In this document: one piece after another, positions 59,496 through 64,000 of the stretch
Numbering within the stretch: the first letter of the stretch is position 1
Layout: each line of letters starts with the position of its first letter
DNA from: Antechinus flavipes
Taxonomy: Eukaryota
Length of the DNA: 64,000 nucleotides
NCBI RefSeq assembly: GCF_016432865.1
Contig: NC_067401.1
Location: forward strand, 207,514,001 to 207,578,000
Reading direction: 5' to 3'
Notes under the pieces: generated by a model
Databases searched by the model: none
What the model saw: only the letters and a program-made list of their open reading frames with translations
What the model was told of the DNA's origin: nothing
Translations under genes and position numbers: made by a program

Positions 59496-60793
59496 ACATA
59501 TATATAAACACTAAATTTTGCAAATGATTTTATATAACTATATATATGAGTGTGTGTATATATAAGTATATGTATATGTAAATTATCCTCATTTTGCAGA
59601 TGAGGGAATTGAGGTTGAGGAAGGTTGATGCCCTAGCAGCAAGGTAGTTTGCACTTAAGATGATAAGAATTTGAGCTCAAAGGGACCTTGAGGCAATCTG
59701 CCTCAAACTCTTATATTACTGATCCAATAACTGAGGCTGAGAGATTAAGTGATTTGCACATAGACACAGAGCTAGAGAGTATCTGAGGAAGATTGAACTC
59801 AGGCCTTCTTGACTCCAAGCCCAGTACTTTGTCCCCTACAACCTGCTGCACCTTAATAGGAACATAGAAAGGACTGGGAAAGAGGAATAGGAATGTTTGT
59901 GGTTGAATAAGGAAAAGAGCAGAAAGGAAGAGAAACCCCTCACGTGGCATGGGTTGAAGTCATAGGTATAAGGTCTCCTATTTAGAGCTGGAAGAGACTC
60001 CAAGGATCATCCAAACCAAATCTTTTTATAGATGGGGAAACTGAGGCCCGGAGAGGGGAAATAATCTGTCTACAATCATAGCTAGTTAATGTCAGAACCA
60101 GGACTGGAATCCAGGGGTGCTGGTTCTAAAGCCGCCACCCCGTTCACTCCTCCGGGTGTGACCCGTTTCCCGGCCAGTCTGCGGTTCTGTGCAAAAAGGG
60201 CAGGTGGGAAGGGGGCTCGACCACCTTGAGGGTTTGGCAAGCCTTAATTGCGGAGGCCAGGGAGTTGCAGTCTCGGGAGGTGAAGAGGAACAGGTTCCAC
60301 TCGAAGTTCATGCCGCAGTCCTTCACGGCGAACACGAGGTCCAGCTCCTCGAGCCGCCGGAGGCCGGCCATCAGGTCCCCCAGCTGGTAGTGGTCCATGG
60401 TGAGCTCCTCCATCTCGTTCTCGCTGGCCGAGTCCGACTGGTCCATCTCCTGGAGCGCCTGCTCCAGCTTCACCGGCGGCAGGAACTGGTCCACTTGGAG
60501 CCTCACCACGTAGTCCTGGCAGAGGGGCACCATGTCCAGGATGACGTTGGGGTCCGTGGTCCCCGGGATGAAGAGCTTCAGGAGGTCCTGGAGGTGCCTC
60601 TCGAAGAACATTCGCTTCCAGCTGTTCCCGTACATCTCCACGTGTCCCACGGGCCAGCGCTGGGTACAGCGGCGCCGCCAGTAGGTCTCGTCGCTGATCA
60701 GGTTGGCGACCACCCTCAGGGGCATGTCCAGGGACAGGCGGTCCAGCACCTTCCGCTGCTGCTCTGGTTTGAGCTCTAGGAGGATAGGGTTGT
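57313..60793 (-). CDS. TCTE1: T-complex-associated testis-expressed 1 / dynein regulatory complex subunit 5 (LRR protein), 5'-partial
   Basis: Exons 60793-60225 (NPIL...WKRMFFERHL...KDCGMNFEWNLFLFT...TLK), 58396-57947 (VFRLTRSKVDDDKAR... LRRs ...CNHFGL), 57519-57313 (DGGKQLLEGMSDNKTL...*). GT-AG sites; frames join. The upstream coding exon was not seen in 60800-64000. Confidence 0.96.
59446..59494. repeat. (AT)n(AG)n compound microsatellite
   Basis: Direct observation. Confidence 0.9.
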
Positions 60794-62214
60794 CTGTGGA
60801 GGAAAGACAGAGTCGAACCAAAGGCCGTCTTATCTGTAAGGAAGCGGTCAGCCGGCGTTTATTAAGCTCCTACTAGAAAAGGGGGGCCCGGTGAGAGGGG
60901 GCTGCCGGGTAGGGGAAGTTATGGCGAATAAGGGGACAATGCTGGACGGAAGGAGGAGTTGCGTGCGCTCAAACCTAATTCTGGCCGAGTCACTTCTGTC
61001 TGCTTCAGTTTCCTCAACTATAAAATTACAGTTGATAATACTAGCACCTACTACATGCCATAATTACATGACTATGGCTCTGAGAATCACCTGAGATGAT
61101 ATACCCTAAATCTATTTGCCAATTTTATTTTCCCTTTTCTTTTTTCTTAATTTCAATAACTTATCTTCCTTTTTTTTTTGGAAGCATTTGATGATTTCTT
61201 CTTTTTTCAATAGTATTTTATTTTTCCAAAAATATGTAAAGAAAGTTTTCATATGTTATTTATTTTTATAGGTTATGGGGATGCAATAAAGTAAGTTACT
61301 GCTTTCAACAAACTTATATTCTCTGTCTTTCTGTCTCTGTTTCTGTCTGTCTCTCTGTGTGTCTCTGTCTCTCTGGGGACTGATATCTCTAGTCTTAATT
61401 AATATTCACAGATAAATATATATATATATATATATATATCATATACATAAAACAAAAACAAAACTGGTTGGCATGGAGCACCAGCATCTGATTTAAAAAA
61501 ATTAAGTCTATTTTTATTTTATCTGCCAAGGAGAATAATTATTTTTAAATTTAAATTTTTTAATGAACAAAAATTCAACTTCTCTCACTCCCACATCCTT
61601 CACCATTCTATTGAAGAAAGAAAAGAAAAACAAAATACTTGTAACATATAAGTATAATCAAAGAAAACAAACTTCCAGATTGATCATATCCCAAAATATA
61701 TATGCCTCAATCTGTGCTCTGATGTCATTGGATGAATCTGGAAAGGTCTCTTGGGCTGAACCTGGAAGGGAGGTAGAGATTCTAAGAGGAAAACATTCTA
61801 GGCATGAGGGAAAGGCTGGACAAAATAGAATGTCTTATATGGGGAACAGCAAATAGATCAGTTTGGACTAGATCATAGGTGATAAGCTGGGAAAAGAAGG
61901 AAGGGAATAAGCTTTTATAAAGCACTGTTCCAGGCTCCATGTTAAACACTTTTACAAATATCTCATTTGATCTTCACAACATCTCTGTAGAGGTGCTATT
62001 ATTATCCCCATTTTATAGTTGAGGAACCTGAAGCAAATCAAGGTCAATCAAATTGTCCATGATTGTAGTAAAAGCCCAAGGTCACCTTTAAACTCAGGTC
62101 CAGCATTCTATCCATTATCAGTAGCTGCCTCAGATCTGATCCCTGAGTCTGGATATTGCCAATTCAGGAAAATTCAATTTCTCCCTACTCACTCTCTCTT
62201 TCTCTCCTCTCTTC

Positions 62215-62457
62215 NNNNNNNNNNNNNNNNNNNNNNNNNNNNNNNNNNNNNNNNNNNNNNNNNNNNNNNNNNNNNNNNNNNNNNNNNNNNNNNNNNNNNN
62301 NNNNNNNNNNNNNNNNNNNNNNNNNNNNNNNNNNNNNNNNNNNNNNNNNNNNNNNNNNNNNNNNNNNNNNNNNNNNNNNNNNNNNNNNNNNNNNNNNNNN
62401 NNNNNNNNNNNNNNNNNNNNNNNNNNNNNNNNNNNNNNNNNNNNNNNNNNNNNNNNN
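62215..62457. other. Assembly gap inside a CT/CTGT simple repeat
   Basis: Run of N flanked by TC-rich repeat. Confidence 1.
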
Positions 62458-63660
62458 TGTCTCTGTTTGTCTGTCTCTATCTCTCTTTCCCTTTCTCTCT
62501 CTGTTTCTGTCTGTCTCTGTGTCTCTTCTCTCTCCCCCTCCCTCCTTATCTCCCATCTCTCCGTCTTTCTGCCTCTGTTCTCTCCTCTTTCTGTCTGTGT
62601 ATCTGTCTCTCTGGAACTGATATCTCTAGCCTTAATTAAAATGAACAACCTCAAGGTAGAAATTCTGTCCATGCCTCAATTTTTAATCTCCTATTACTCT
62701 TTCTCTTCTTTTTGCCGCCTTTTTTTCTATGCCAGATACACTAACCAAATCTGAGCATACTTTTCCACCTCCTTTTCTTTTAAGATTTATTTATTTACAG
62801 GGAAGGGGAGGGGCAGAGAAGAGAAAGTAATATAAATTCAGAAATATCACTATAGGCCACTGGAAATCAGATGTCTGTACAGAAGGAATATACCTAATAT
62901 AGAAGGCATAGCTCTATTTCTTATTAACTTATTCCAGTTCAGCTAAAAGTTTTCTATCAAGGAGGATTAGTAAAGATATCACTAGAGTGGAGTATAGTTA
63001 ATAAAGGAAGGCTTCCAGGAAGAAGAAAGTTTGCTTTGAAATGTTTTGTTTTGACAAAGTCTCCCTAAGTGGACCGCGCTGGAAGTGGACCAAACTTGGA
63101 ACTGGTCTTCATTGAAGCATTCATTACCCTAGTCTCTTTTTTTTGATCTAGGCTCATCAAAATAGTAACTGCTCTCAAGCAGCACAGAAATCCTACGATC
63201 ATAGAACTAGATCAAGAAGGGACTTCAAAAGTCATCTAATCCAATTCCTCTCATTTTATAACTAAACAAACTGAGTGATGAGGGCAAGATTTGAACACAG
63301 GTTCCTCAACTTCCAATCCACTGCTTTTTCCATGTATGACAAATGGGGAGACCTATAATCATGAGATCCCAGATGTAGAGCTGGAAGTAATGGAAAAAAT
63401 CTTAAAAACCATCCATTCCAGTCCTCCTCATTTTACAAACTGAAATCAAGAGAGGTTAAGGGACAAACTTAAACTTACAGAGATAGTAGATATTAGAGAT
63501 TAGGTACCTCAGTGATTCCTCAGTTCACTTATGGATATATCTCATTAGATCACTTCCAACTCATTCTTTGTTCTGTCAATTTTTTTTCTTACTTTCAACA
63601 TAGAACACCTTGTCTAAAAATATTTCTTGTGTCAGCTTCTCCTTTGAAACTCAGATTTCA

Positions 63661-63796
63661 GGGCAGCTAGATGGCACAGTGGATAGAGCACCGGCCCTGA
63701 AATCAGTAGGACCAGAGTTCAAATCTGGCCTCACTCACTTAACACAACTGTGTGATCCTAGGCAAATCACTCAATTCTAATTGTCTCATGAAAAAA
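63661..63796 (+). mobile_element. WSINE1-type SINE with TSD
   Basis: GGGCAGCTAGATGGCACAGTGGATAGAGC head; perfect 15-bp TSD gaaactcagatttca at 63646-63660 and 63797-63811. Confidence 0.85.
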
Positions 63797-64000
63797 GAAA
63801 CTCAGATTTCAGGGTTGGGGTTAGGGCAAGGGTTGGTCAAGAGGATAAGGGAAGGCAAAAAAAAAAAAAAAAAAAGAAAGGCTATTAAGGCAACAATTCC
63901 TGGCCAAAGGATTGGCTTGGATGTATATATATTTACTTTGCTATATTTACATTAAACTGCTCCCATATATTGGCTTGTCAGGACTTTTTTGTGTTTTCTC

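Noticed and set aside
60794-64000. Search for the first coding exon of TCTE1
   Set aside because: No sequence resembling the expected N-terminal exon; it probably lies beyond the window. The 243-N gap sits in a simple repeat.

Overview
Mammalian genomic DNA, almost certainly a marsupial and probably a dasyurid (WSINE1- and MAR1-type SINEs, marsupial-type L1 3' ends, strong CpG depletion outside islands). The window is syntenic with human 6p21.1. It contains complete HSP90AB1 (+, 11 coding exons, 723 aa), SLC35B2 (-, 4 exons, 431 aa), NFKBIE (-, 6 exons, 360 aa) and TMEM151B (+, 3 exons, 561 aa), plus the last three coding exons of TCTE1/DRC5 (-); its first coding exon was not found in the window. 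Exon boundaries were read from GT-AG sites and all reading frames join. The first 17 kb has no recognisable coding exon: TE remnants, a strong CTCF site, a solo LTR and an orphan CpG island. There are two assembly gaps. I found no new protein-coding gene or clearly novel multi-gene system. The best leads are regulatory or single-residue: a 462-nt AG-free zone with a distant branch-point candidate and an overlapping uORF in TMEM151B; a dense intronic NF-kB site cluster and an LTR-like palindromic polyA signal in NFKBIE; Ile instead of the near-invariant Leu next to the Hsp90 catalytic Glu; and an orphan CpG island holding a 92-nt foldable element. All comparisons with human or other proteins and repeat consensuses are from memory, not from a database search.
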